Source: Candidatus Latescibacterota bacterium (lineage in GTDB: Bacteria; Latescibacterota; UBA2968; UBA8231). From it: a DNA stretch of 64,000 nt. The stretch spans positions 768,001 through 832,000 of the forward strand of contig OZ253462.1 in the NCBI GenBank assembly GCA_965261395.1. The letters run 5' to 3'. The notes under the pieces are model-generated. The model did no database searches, was not told where the DNA came from, and saw only the letters and a list, made by a program, of their open reading frames with translations. This document shows, piece after piece, positions 17,169-27,004 of the stretch; position 1 is the stretch's first letter; each line of letters begins with the position of its first letter. The position numbers and the translations under genes are program-made.

Positions 17169-19181
17169 TCAGTTCAAATACACCACGCTCAGCCCATAGA
17201 CGATCAAACTCGGCACCTTGAAATCCACTCGTCCGGCGCGCCTGTGGTGCGGCAAAACCACGGCCTCCTCTCGCTCCGGATAGAGCCATTCAACCCGCTC
17301 CACCCCTTGCCCCTCCGGCACCGCCAAGCTCACCTGCAGCGGCCCGACCGGCTGCGGCACCTCGATATCGCTGCTCTCATCCTGGCGATAGTTGACCCAG
17401 TGCAAGACCAGTGCCTCGATTCCGTCCGGTTGCCAGGCCCGCACCCGCACGAACCACGGCGCGTCCGTCTCCAGCCACGCCGCCCCGAGCAAGTCATTCA
17501 AGCCCTTGAGGAATTGCCGTCCCAACGCGTCCCGCTGGGCCACCGGATAGACCAGCACCTCCTGCTCGGGGCGCAGCGCCACTTTTTCCGGCCCCCAGGT
17601 CCGTTTGCCCAGGTACTGCACCCCTGCCGGCACCCCACTCCGCCAGTCGGCCAACAAGCCCGCGGCATGCGGCGTTCCGTCCACATCCAAATCCCCGGTC
17701 GCACCGGCGAATACCACCTTGCCGCCGCCGGCCACATAGCGCCGCAAAAAAGCACCCTCGGCCGCTGTCAGGCGCTCTATTCCGGGCAGCACCAGCGCGG
17801 CGTACCCATCGCCCTTGGCCACCAATTGGGCCTCCAAGATCATGTCGAACAACACGTGGCCATCCTCCATATAGCGCCCCAATTGCTTGAGCGGCTCCAC
17901 GCAGTCCGCCTCCTGCTCCAGCTCGGCCCGGCGCGGGTACACCAAGCCCACCTGCGACCAGGGACGGGCCGGATGGATCAATTCCTGGTGGCCGGCCAAA
18001 AAACTCTGATAGCGGCACACCGGCCCCATGTAATCGTCCAGGGCGTAATCGCTATTGGCGTCCTCGCCCCAGTGAAAGGCCAGTGCCGCGCTGTGGTTGG
18101 CTCCCGCCTCGGCGATGGACAGGCGCAAACGGCGGCCGTCGTACTTGTTGAGAACCATGGGCTTGCCCCCGCTCATGGCGTACGCATAGCGCGCTGACAA
18201 GCCCGTATCGGCCAAGTGCCCTTGGGCCACATTGCTGAAGTTCTTGTTGGCACCCTGGCTGTACCAGATATAATCCTCGCCCCGGGCCCAATCCTCATCC
18301 GGCACCAGGCAGCGCTCGTCCCAGGCCGACAGATCGTATTTGTGGTACCACTGGGCCAGTAGCAAATCCGGCTTGAGGGCGCGACCGTAGTCCACGAACA
18401 ACTCGTCGAAGAATTCCTTGCGCCGCCGGTACACCAACCGAGCCAGCAAGCGCTCGATCCGCTGGCGCAAATCCCGCGGTGCCGCAGCGCGCATGGCTAT
18501 GGGGGCGCTGTATTCGGCCGTAGCCGGCGGCCCGGCTGGATCGAGCCCGCGCTGCAGTTCGTCGTCGCTGAATTCCCGGGCCAAATGCTCCATCAAATAG
18601 TGGCGGCAATGGGCGCACTGGCAGAATTGCTCGAAATTGTGGTGCGCGTTAAAGCCGTCCATGCCCAGTTCAATGGCCTTCTTGACCATGGGCTTCAACA
18701 GAGCCAGCCAATGGGGATTGCACATACACCCGCTATAAGTCCGGTACGGCCTACCCTCTATGGGCCAGCAGCGCAGTTCCCCGCCGACTGTGTGCTGCAG
18801 GGCCACGGCCACCTCATTGCAGGGGGGCGGTCCCAATAAATTCTCTGTCCAGATCCGCGCCCAATTGCCAAACAGCCCCTTGCCCGTCTCGTGATCGCCA
18901 TAGATCCAACCCATGCTCAACTGCCCCACCACCTTGGCTCCAGCCTCCTGGACGCGCGGGATGAGATCGCCGGCCAAGGCCAGATTCTCCTCGATGCCAA
19001 TGCGGGGCATGCCCGCCCAACCGCGCTCGACCTCCGCATCGTCGGCCAGGCCGTAGAACATGGGGCCGTACGTCCCCATCTGCACCAGCTGCACCCGACC
19101 CCGCCGCACGTGCTCGACCAGATCTAGCCGCTGCGGCACCATCCAGTGCTCGGCCATCCTGTTAAACCAGAATTCCGCCAT
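17169..19181 (-). CDS. Hypothetical glycoside-hydrolase-like protein (putative TIM barrel plus class I glutamine-amidotransferase-like/trimerisation domain)
   Basis: CMCNPHW, FCQCAHC, and the YAALVLPG...RRYVAGGGKVVFAG pattern typical of GH42-like trimerisation domains. Confidence 0.55.
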   Translation of the reverse strand: MAEFWFNRMAEHWMVPQRLDLVEHVRRGRVQLVQMGTYGPMFYGLADDAEVERGWAGMPRIGIEENLALAGDLIPRVQEAGAKVVGQLSMGWIYGDHETGKGLFGNWARIWTENLLGPPPCNEVAVALQHTVGGELRCWPIEGRPYRTYSGCMCNPHWLALLKPMVKKAIELGMDGFNAHHNFEQFCQCAHCRHYLMEHLAREFSDDELQRGLDPAGPPATAEYSAPIAMRAAAPRDLRQRIERLLARLVYRRRKEFFDELFVDYGRALKPDLLLAQWYHKYDLSAWDERCLVPDEDWARGEDYIWYSQGANKNFSNVAQGHLADTGLSARYAYAMSGGKPMVLNKYDGRRLRLSIAEAGANHSAALAFHWGEDANSDYALDDYMGPVCRYQSFLAGHQELIHPARPWSQVGLVYPRRAELEQEADCVEPLKQLGRYMEDGHVLFDMILEAQLVAKGDGYAALVLPGIERLTAAEGAFLRRYVAGGGKVVFAGATGDLDVDGTPHAAGLLADWRSGVPAGVQYLGKRTWGPEKVALRPEQEVLVYPVAQRDALGRQFLKGLNDLLGAAWLETDAPWFVRVRAWQPDGIEALVLHWVNYRQDESSDIEVPQPVGPLQVSLAVPEGQGVERVEWLYPEREEAVVLPHHRRAGRVDFKVPSLIVYGLSVVYLN

Positions 19182-19182
19182 T

Positions 19183-19977
19183 TTATTTCCCCTTTGCCGC
19201 GCCCGGCTCCGGCAGCTCAGCGGTAACCGGCTCGAACTGGCGCGCCACCACCCAATCGGGACGAGGATTCTCAACGTCGCCCGGCACGTTGTCGATGGCG
19301 GCGAAGGCGTAGATCAGACTGTAGCGCTGCGCGGGTGAGAAGTTGTGGTTCGAGCCGTGCACGATCCGGCAGTCGAAGAAACAGACGTCGCCAGCGTCGC
19401 CCTCAATCGGAATGATCATCGACTCATCGGTGATGTGCTCGCGCAGCGCCTCCGGCGTGATGCACCACTGCTTGTAGCTGGTGGTGATCTCGTCGCTGTA
19501 GTGGTCCAGCACGCCCCAGTGATGTGAACCCTTCACCAGCGCGATGCAGCCATTGTTGCGCGTGTTCGGACCCAACATGACCAGCGCGGAGGCCAACCGA
19601 TCGTCGACGCCGTCATAGCACCAGTAGCCGTAGTCCTGGTGCCAGAGCCACACGGTGCCCTCGAATGACTCCTTGTAGTTCATCTTGCTGTGGAAGATGT
19701 AGGCGTCGCGCCCGAAGATCTGCTTGATCGGCCCGGCGATCGGCACCGAGCGGCACAGCTCTCGGAACGGCTGCACATTGCGGTGCATGCAGAACACCGA
19801 GCGCACCGGACCGCTCTGCTCGCGCACCACGTGCACCTCCGGCGGGTTGTCGGCCTGCTCAGACATCATCTCGTCGGCCGCCGAGCGCAATCGCTCGATC
19901 TGATCCGGCGGGATCAGTCCGCGCTGTATCAGAAACCCCTGCTCGCGATAGGTCGCCAATTGTCTTTCGCTCCACAT
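19183..19977 (-). CDS. PhyH family dioxygenase (EctD/proline-hydroxylase-like)
   Basis: YIFHSKMNYK...WLWHQDYGYW, GDVCFFDCRIVHGS. Confidence 0.88.
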   Translation of the reverse strand: MWSERQLATYREQGFLIQRGLIPPDQIERLRSAADEMMSEQADNPPEVHVVREQSGPVRSVFCMHRNVQPFRELCRSVPIAGPIKQIFGRDAYIFHSKMNYKESFEGTVWLWHQDYGYWCYDGVDDRLASALVMLGPNTRNNGCIALVKGSHHWGVLDHYSDEITTSYKQWCITPEALREHITDESMIIPIEGDAGDVCFFDCRIVHGSNHNFSPAQRYSLIYAFAAIDNVPGDVENPRPDWVVARQFEPVTAELPEPGAAKGK

Positions 19978-20031
19978 GGTCGTTCATCCTCCCTGTGGCT
20001 TAAAGTCAAATCAAGCGTTCAAAAGCTGGCC

Positions 20032-20289
20032 CTAACGGCTCCCGTCGGCACCGCGCAGCGCCTCGACGCGCCATGCGAACTCTTCCTCCAGATGCGAGTC
20101 GCTCCCCTCGCTCCCCCGTTCGACAAACTGAATGTAGCCATCGCCATCGACAAACCAAGTCGTGGGCCAGCCATTGATGCCGGCCTTTTGCACGTACCCG
20201 TCGTCCGTTAAGACGGTAAAATCATATTCATTCTCCGCCATGAAGCTGTCAAGCACATCGCGCGACTTGTCGTTGCTGATGGAGATCAC
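20032..20289 (-). pseudogene. C-terminal half of a TlpA/redoxin domain lacking CxxC
   Basis: ISISND...YDFTVLTD...GINGWPTTWFVDGDGYIQF; no WCxxC; start overlaps the TPR gene stop. Confidence 0.6.
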
Positions 20290-21878
20290 TTTCGCCCTTG
20301 AAGAGCTGCCTCGGCCTCGGTCGCCATGTGCTCGAACACTTGGCCTAAGTGATAGTGAGCACGGGTGTTTCTCTGCGAAAACTCCAGTGCCCGCTCAAGC
20401 TCTTTGCGGCCTTCCTCGATACTACCTGCTTTGTAGCTAGCCCACCCGATGGCGTCGTGGACGAGGCCCAAGTAGTAATTCAGACGACCCTCTTCCCACT
20501 CTTCCTCTTCGGCTCTATCCATTATGGCTTGTATGCCGCCCCGAGCGAGTTCGGCCGCCTCCTCAGCGTATGGCGTGTGGTCGGCCATCGAGATAGGAGC
20601 TATGGAGTACACTATGTGTGGGTTTAGCTGCTCGTACCGGACATATCCGCGAATCGCATCGGCGAGTTCCTCGGCCGGAATCGGGTTCATGGCTTCAAGG
20701 GATGTGAAGAGCGTTCGGTACGCCCACCCGCGGTAGCTATCGCCGATGCTATCGTCGTAGAGGGGCTTCTCCAATAACCGATAGGCTGCGTCGCAAACGA
20801 GGCGAAGCTGGTCTTGGTACTCCTGCGAGTCCTCGCCATGCTCGCGCTCGATGCGGTCGAGCTCGGGCTGTAATCGTTGGTACTCCCGTTGGAACTTCTC
20901 TTGGTGGATCCACGACGCATGTCGACTCTCGGGAGCCAGTGCCATCAACTTCGCCTCAAACTCCGCCGCCTTCTCTTCGTCCTCTAGTACGCTCCTGTAG
21001 GTTGTGGTGAGTAGAGCGAGGCCGCGTACGGTCTCCGGGGCCGCCTTTCGGTACTCGGCGATGCTGGCCTCAATAGCAGGGCGTCTCTCCTCGGCGGGGA
21101 GCAGATCCGTCTCGTTGAGGATCTTCCAATGCCAGTAGCGCACATCGGCGGAGCCCGGCGCGAGGCGAACCGCCTCTTCGATCATAGAGAGCGCCTCCTG
21201 TGGCTTGTTGGACTGGTATAGATACTCCGCAGCGCGACGGTAGCCGCTGACGTGGTCGGGCCAACGCTCTCGCAGCGTGGCCAAGGTAGCGAGGCTTGTG
21301 TCCACATAGGCGGGATCCTCCAGCGCGTACTGTGCCCAGTACTCGAGTTCCGCGCGGGCATGGAGGACTTCGGGATGCTGGAGTGTCGCCGCATCCAGGG
21401 AGTCCAGAAACGCCAGACCCTCTTCTACGCTTTTGGAGCGAAGCGCCTGAAGGTGTGTCGCGGCAAACTCCGGCCGAGGCAGCAGCCTCCAAGCGCGCGA
21501 GCTAGACTCGGCCGCCTCAGAGTGCTTCCGATCCGCCAGAAACGCAAGTGCTTGGGCGTAGAGTCCCCACGGGTTATCCGGCTCCCGTTCCAAGATCGCG
21601 TCGGCGTGCTCTTGGATCTCTCTGAGCCCGTACAACTGTCCGTGCAACTGACGCGCGTAGAGCGCTCGCAACTCGGCGTCCTCAGGTGCGCGGCTCATCC
21701 ATTCCTGGCCGAATATGGCTCCTGCTTGGAACGTCCACAGTCGATTGTGCTCACGCAGCCTCGCTTTCGCCGCTTCCAGCTCTTGGGGCGAGTAGCGCTG
21801 CTCGGTCCCGCAGCTAGCACAGACGGCGAGAACGGCTAGAGAACCGGAGATCAAACGAATTGGAAATCGATACGACAT
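20286..21878 (-). CDS. TPR-repeat lipoprotein (probably the N-terminal part of a TPR-TlpA protein)
   Basis: Lipobox-like VCASC; TPR motifs (EEAVRLAPGS, DAIGWASYKAG...AHYHLGQVFE). Confidence 0.7.
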   Translation of the reverse strand: MSYRFPIRLISGSLAVLAVCASCGTEQRYSPQELEAAKARLREHNRLWTFQAGAIFGQEWMSRAPEDAELRALYARQLHGQLYGLREIQEHADAILEREPDNPWGLYAQALAFLADRKHSEAAESSSRAWRLLPRPEFAATHLQALRSKSVEEGLAFLDSLDAATLQHPEVLHARAELEYWAQYALEDPAYVDTSLATLATLRERWPDHVSGYRRAAEYLYQSNKPQEALSMIEEAVRLAPGSADVRYWHWKILNETDLLPAEERRPAIEASIAEYRKAAPETVRGLALLTTTYRSVLEDEEKAAEFEAKLMALAPESRHASWIHQEKFQREYQRLQPELDRIEREHGEDSQEYQDQLRLVCDAAYRLLEKPLYDDSIGDSYRGWAYRTLFTSLEAMNPIPAEELADAIRGYVRYEQLNPHIVYSIAPISMADHTPYAEEAAELARGGIQAIMDRAEEEEWEEGRLNYYLGLVHDAIGWASYKAGSIEEGRKELERALEFSQRNTRAHYHLGQVFEHMATEAEAALQGRK

Positions 21879-21928
21879 AGAGTACCTCCGTGTGCGAAAT
21901 TACCGACCCTCCCCTTTACAGACCATTT

Positions 21929-23023
21929 TCACGGTGCAGAACCCGTTTGCAAAAACGCATTTAAGGTGTCCAAGTCCATGCCCTCAATGCCCAGTTCGCT
22001 CACACTCCGCCCCGTGGCCCACCCATCAGCCCCCATCACCACGGACCCGATATCCACCAACCCGCGCATCAAAGGCGCGTCCACGCCGTATTGCGCGCCC
22101 ACATCGTGCCAAGTTGAAAGACCGTATGGAAGATCCTCGCTGAGCCAACGGCTCTCGAGCGACCCGGGAGCTTTGAGTTGCGTGAGCATTAGGCTGCCAT
22201 TAATCGTTGCCCACAAATCCCCCCGAGGGCCAAAACCCGCGCGGTAAAACGCTTCATCGGCCGCTACGAGATCGTAACCCAAAGCTGTTGCGATGGCCCT
22301 CCGCTCTGCATCCACGGCCATGATCGTCTCTGCCACCGATGGGGATACCCCTTCTTCGTAGAAATAGAACTCACCGTGCGAATATTCGATTCGTCCTGCG
22401 TTCATCAACACACCCGCAGGATGCACGACCGGATTCATCGCGGACAAACCACAGGCCATCACGGTGGGATAGGTCTGAATGCCCGGGAACAGCGACGACA
22501 GACGAGCGCGCACGCGATCTGTTTCTGTCGCTGGCAACCCCCCCAAGCCCAAGCCCGTCACGGCACCCCAAATCGTCGCGGTATCCGGTGCTGTTTTCCG
22601 ACACACATAAGGCGCGGTATCTACCTCCGCAAGCACGATGTCTGCTACTCCTTGGTCGCGCAATAGTGTCGCCCATTCCAATGTGCCCAATGTGCCCGGC
22701 ATCAGCACGACCATGTGTCCAGGTCTGAGATGGGGGGCGCAGGCAATGGCAAATGGTTTGTGGGCATACGCCGGCACGATTAACAGGATCAAGTCAGACG
22801 CATTCAGAGCCGCTTCAATATCCGTGGTCGTGCAGTGAATTTTTGCGGCCCCCACCTCTTCGACCCCCACCAAATGAATCACGCCTTGGTCGCGCACCGG
22901 ATCGAGCGTGTGCCCAAATTCTGGCAATTCGCAAAGCGTAATATCAAAACCTTTCAGGGTCAGATTTGCAGCCGTGGCAAATGCCGTATTGCCGCCGCCG
23001 AGAATGGTAATGTGTTCGGACAT
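21929..23023 (-). CDS. NAD/NADP octopine/nopaline (opine) dehydrogenase family
   Basis: ILGGGNTA, VPAYAH, NPVVHP, GRIE...FYFYEEG, RWLSEDLPYGL. Confidence 0.88.
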   Translation of the reverse strand: MSEHITILGGGNTAFATAANLTLKGFDITLCELPEFGHTLDPVRDQGVIHLVGVEEVGAAKIHCTTTDIEAALNASDLILLIVPAYAHKPFAIACAPHLRPGHMVVLMPGTLGTLEWATLLRDQGVADIVLAEVDTAPYVCRKTAPDTATIWGAVTGLGLGGLPATETDRVRARLSSLFPGIQTYPTVMACGLSAMNPVVHPAGVLMNAGRIEYSHGEFYFYEEGVSPSVAETIMAVDAERRAIATALGYDLVAADEAFYRAGFGPRGDLWATINGSLMLTQLKAPGSLESRWLSEDLPYGLSTWHDVGAQYGVDAPLMRGLVDIGSVVMGADGWATGRSVSELGIEGMDLDTLNAFLQTGSAP

Positions 23024-23138
23024 GGAAGTATCCTTTTTTCCTTTGCCTTAGACGACGTTCTCTGGCGACCGCCAGCGGGTTCCTGAGTCCATCGCCCTAC
23101 GCATTATTTCGCACAGCTTTTGGCTTGTGATCGGGTGC

Positions 23139-24581
23139 TCAATAGAGGTCGTCTTTTGTCGTAATGGAGCACCAGCGCGAGTTGAACAGTGCGCGGAGCA
23201 AAATATCCCGTGCGTCGGGCGTGTCCACTTGTTTTAACCCATAAGCGGCGTAAAATCGGTTGTAGCGATTCTCGTCCTCGAGCATCTCGCGCAATGCCTC
23301 AAGCGCAATACAACCCGCTTCGCCGGACTTGGCCAAGGTTAGCGCGGCGTTGCGGCGCACGCGGTAGTCCTCATCGCCGAGTGCTGCTGTCAAGTCAGCA
23401 ATCAGCTCATCAGAAAAAACGCCGATGGCGCTCAAAGCCTCAATCGCATTGCGGCGCACCCACCAGTGGCGATCACTCATCGCCTTTCTCAGGGCGGGTT
23501 CTGCCTCCATTGCGCTCGCGCCCAAGCGTCCCAACACATGGGCGGCGACCGCCCGCACCCACCAGTGCTCATCGGACAACATCTCCGCCAAAGCCCCTGC
23601 GGCCGGTCCGCCTATCGACGCCAATGCCAGCGCCGCACAACCGCTCGTGGGATTGGTTCCGTGGGCATTATCCGGTGTCTTGGCCTCGGTCTCTTCGATC
23701 GTGGCCAGTGCTTCCTCCCGCATGGCGGCGACGAGTTCAGGCACGGCCGGCGCGCCAAACTCGGCCAGCCCATACGCCGCATCCAACCGCTCGCCCTCCG
23801 ATCCGCGCTTCAAGACCGAGAGCAAGTCTTTCGTATTGCCATTTGGAGGCCGCTGTTTTTTTGCGGGTTTCCCGCACAACCAGTGCCAGACATCTCGTGA
23901 TAGGGCCGGATGCCGATCCTCCATGCCGGGCGACCACGCACGACTTTGATGATCCCAAGTCGGTTTCTCTGGCTCCCGTGTACGCGCAAACTGAAATTTC
24001 AGCATATACCGATCTTTGCTACTGACATTCTCTGTTGCGCGATGCCAAGAATCAAAGTGAATGAGCGCCACCGTCCCCGCAGGACCGCAAAATGCCCGCG
24101 CTTCTTCCTGCGTTTTTTCGGGATCCACATCGCTAATGGTTTTGTACATCTGCATCCCGGGCAACACCCCCGACGGCCCCATATCCTCTGTCGTGTCTTG
24201 CGGAAAGTAAAAAGCGAGCACCCAATAAAATCTCGGATGCCGCAAATTGTGATCGTACACATAACAATCCTTGTGCCATTGCTGTCCTTGTCGCCCGGGC
24301 GGATTCAAGTGGCAATGTCGATGGGGGTTCAAAATGTAATCTGGCCCCAATAAACTGGTCAGGGCGCCCTGCACATTGGGGTGCTCAAACACGCGCCCGA
24401 TCTGCGGAACCCGAGGCAAAATGTTATTTCCGGGATTGCCTTCTTCCGCAAAAACCGCCTCAATCTGATCGCGAATACCGGCGTGAAATGAGGGTGGATA
24501 ATCCGCCTGCACAGTCAGACATCCATCCACGATAAATCGCTGCACCTCTTCGTCGCTCAACAACTGAATTGAATCCGCCAT
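23139..24581 (-). CDS. PhyH dioxygenase fused to HEAT/PBS-lyase repeats
   Basis: PHRHCH, WHKD, WHRA, then repeats such as LSDEHWWVRAVAAHVLG, SDRHWWVRRNAIEAL, DEDYRVRRNAALTL. Confidence 0.85.
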   Translation of the reverse strand: MADSIQLLSDEEVQRFIVDGCLTVQADYPPSFHAGIRDQIEAVFAEEGNPGNNILPRVPQIGRVFEHPNVQGALTSLLGPDYILNPHRHCHLNPPGRQGQQWHKDCYVYDHNLRHPRFYWVLAFYFPQDTTEDMGPSGVLPGMQMYKTISDVDPEKTQEEARAFCGPAGTVALIHFDSWHRATENVSSKDRYMLKFQFARTREPEKPTWDHQSRAWSPGMEDRHPALSRDVWHWLCGKPAKKQRPPNGNTKDLLSVLKRGSEGERLDAAYGLAEFGAPAVPELVAAMREEALATIEETEAKTPDNAHGTNPTSGCAALALASIGGPAAGALAEMLSDEHWWVRAVAAHVLGRLGASAMEAEPALRKAMSDRHWWVRRNAIEALSAIGVFSDELIADLTAALGDEDYRVRRNAALTLAKSGEAGCIALEALREMLEDENRYNRFYAAYGLKQVDTPDARDILLRALFNSRWCSITTKDDLY

Positions 24582-24614
24582 AGGAAACTCCTCCGCTAAA
24601 AATTTCTACGATCA

Positions 24615-25391
24615 TCAATCGACCAGACCCCAGAGACGCTGCCGCGCCTCGGGCCAGTCCGGCCAGCCAGGGTGTAGGTGCTTCAGCGCCGCCAAGTCGC
24701 GCTTGCGCCCGCCCGGTGGGAAGTAGTTCCAGCCCATGGCGCGTCGCGGGCCAGCGGCCGTCTTCACTCCGGTGGCGTGCCAGCAAGAGGGCGTCCACAC
24801 CAGGGTCCATCTCGGATCGAGGACGACCTCGACTTCGCTATGATGATGGGCGAAGCAGTGCGCTGGCACCTCGTCGTGGGTGCCGGAGACCAGTTCAAGC
24901 TGCAGCAGTTCGGCCGCCACCTCCTCGCGGGGACGGTGCTGGCTGCCGGGTAGCACTCGCAGCGGTGCGTTGCTGGCGTCGTGGCGATCGAGGGCGGTGC
25001 GGAAGGAGACCTGCTTCACCTCCGGCCCTCCATCCACGTGCCAGTGGACCTGCCGCTGCGGTCGGCCGTCGGCGCTGACTATCTTCGAAGCGTCGCCGAG
25101 GCCGCAGGCACCCACGTGTACCTCTTCGGCGTCTAGTATCCGCCGCGCCGCCGCGACCAACTCGGGGTGCTCCACCATCTGCAGCAGCGACTCGCCAATC
25201 ATCAGGAACTGGCAGGCCAGCCGGTTGCAGCCTTCGGGGAACTCGGTGCGCTCCCACTCCGGCTCCACCTCTTGCTGCCGGATGTCGATTTGGCGTACCC
25301 CCTCTACACCGACGGGGTTGGGGATCAAGAAGAACCCATTGCGCTCGAAGTGAGCGAGCTGTTCGTCGGTGATGTGGAAGGAGCCGCCCAT
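24615..25391 (-). CDS. PhyH family dioxygenase
   Basis: FERNGF, WHVD, LRVLPGSQ, CWHAT. Confidence 0.8.
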   Translation of the reverse strand: MGGSFHITDEQLAHFERNGFFLIPNPVGVEGVRQIDIRQQEVEPEWERTEFPEGCNRLACQFLMIGESLLQMVEHPELVAAARRILDAEEVHVGACGLGDASKIVSADGRPQRQVHWHVDGGPEVKQVSFRTALDRHDASNAPLRVLPGSQHRPREEVAAELLQLELVSGTHDEVPAHCFAHHHSEVEVVLDPRWTLVWTPSCWHATGVKTAAGPRRAMGWNYFPPGGRKRDLAALKHLHPGWPDWPEARQRLWGLVD

Positions 25392-26245
25392 CAGGCACTC
25401 CCCACGGCACTTTCTTGTTGGACGATGCTTTTGATTTTTTGGAAGGGTGCCACTTCGACCAGCTCAAGAGCCTCGGGCGAGAGGCGCGCCTTCACGCCCT
25501 CGGGCAAGGGGTTGGAAGCGGGAATGTGCTGGCTGCAATAGCGCAGGGTCAAAAAGCGGCGCTGGCGGTCTTTGGGCTGCCAAGAAAGGGCACCGTGGAC
25601 GACCAGCTCGGAAATGACGACCACATCCCCGGCCTTGGGGTTGAAATTGGCCACACCCTCGGGGACTTCGGTGGAGTTGTAGTCGTCGTTATACGTGCCA
25701 TCCTTGTAACTGCCCGGGTAGAACATTTCCGGCGGGCGAGGGAAATTGACCTTGTGCGAGCCAGGTAGGACGATGAGGCCGCCGTCGCCCGGGTGTACAT
25801 CCGTGAGGTAAAAGAAAAAGACCAAGTCATTGCAGGAAATGCGGCCGTTGTGGATTTGGTAGCGACGCCAGCCCGGCACTTCCGCCCGCAGCGAGCCCTC
25901 GTGGCCCGAGTGCAGAGGGTGGAAGGGTTTGCCGTGGAAATCGACCATCATATTGCCGCCGCCGAGCCGCGGCCGCTCGTCGAGCAATTCTTTGACGATC
26001 GGCCAAGTCTCCGGGTGCATGGTCAGGGCTTCGAGGGCCTTGTCAAAGGCAAAGGCGTGCAAATACCAATTGAAGTGCTCGCGCTCCAGATTGATCTCAA
26101 AGCCGTCGGGCACCTGATCGGGCGGGGTGTCGATATAGCGCTGAGCCGCCTCCTGGGCCTTTTGCAAGGCTGCGCCCTGGAGTACGCCTTCAAGGTGCAG
26201 ATAGCCGGTCAAATCGAAGAAGTAGCGCTGTTCGGGGGTCATCAT
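25391..26245 (-). CDS. PhyH family Fe/2OG enzyme with HxG motif
   Basis: RYFFDLTGYL, LHSG, PGDGGLIVLPGSHK, AGDVVVISELVVHG. Confidence 0.85.
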   Translation of the reverse strand: MMTPEQRYFFDLTGYLHLEGVLQGAALQKAQEAAQRYIDTPPDQVPDGFEINLEREHFNWYLHAFAFDKALEALTMHPETWPIVKELLDERPRLGGGNMMVDFHGKPFHPLHSGHEGSLRAEVPGWRRYQIHNGRISCNDLVFFFYLTDVHPGDGGLIVLPGSHKVNFPRPPEMFYPGSYKDGTYNDDYNSTEVPEGVANFNPKAGDVVVISELVVHGALSWQPKDRQRRFLTLRYCSQHIPASNPLPEGVKARLSPEALELVEVAPFQKIKSIVQQESAVGSA

Positions 26246-26331
26246 CGGCGGGCCTTTGCTAAGCGTATGGCGGGCATTAGATTGTGCCGCGCAAGGTAGT
26301 GAATCTGCTCTTGCCTTTCAAGGAGGAAAAC

Positions 26332-26985
26332 ATGGGATTTGAGGTTTACGATTGTCGCCGAGATATCCGCAATATTCTGGTGAGGCCGCAGATCCGCGCC
26401 CGCTTCTGCCGCTTAGAGCCAGGCTCGGGTTCGCTCGACGCTTGGCACACGCACGATCTGGGCGACGAGATCTTCATCATTTTGGCGGGTCGAGTGGAGT
26501 TCAAAATCAACGGCGAGGTGAAAGAAGTTGGACCGGGGCAAATGTGCTACGCCCGAACCGACGAGCCGCACTCGGTGCGAGTCATCGGCGACGAGCCGGT
26601 CTATATGTACCTCTCGGTGACGCCGCACATCCAGCCGACGCATACGTTTTACGACGAAAAGGGCGAGCGTCAGCGGCCCCACTTCAGGCCGTCGAGCGAT
26701 TACGATACCGCGACAGATTCGACCACGCCGGTGGCCGAGTTGATCGACAGCCACATCGATGCAGCGCGCGCCTTAGCGGCTCAAGCACAGGAGAGCATGC
26801 AAATCCAAGAGGAACGAGGCCGGGAACTCAAGCAGGCCCTAATGGCCGGCGATATGGAAGCGGCCAGCCGCGTGCGCGAGGCCATGTGGGCACCGCTTTT
26901 GCAACTCTTCAAGCAGACGAGCGAAGTAGCAGACGGCTGGAACGGACTAGCACCCCGGGCAGGGTCTGTCGATGCGGTGTACTGA
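26332..26985 (+). CDS. Cupin domain protein with helical C-terminal extension
   Basis: WHTHDLGDEIFIILAGRVEF...GPGQM...PHSV; AGGAGG RBS. Confidence 0.8.
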   Translation: MGFEVYDCRRDIRNILVRPQIRARFCRLEPGSGSLDAWHTHDLGDEIFIILAGRVEFKINGEVKEVGPGQMCYARTDEPHSVRVIGDEPVYMYLSVTPHIQPTHTFYDEKGERQRPHFRPSSDYDTATDSTTPVAELIDSHIDAARALAAQAQESMQIQEERGRELKQALMAGDMEAASRVREAMWAPLLQLFKQTSEVADGWNGLAPRAGSVDAVY

Positions 26986-27004
26986 GCCGCCTCAAAACCA
27001 CCGC

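Noticed and set aside
26295-26315. ggtagtgaatctgctcttgcc as another end-motif copy
   Set aside because: Only the 7-bp GGTAGTG core matches; the TTTGAAAT half is missing.
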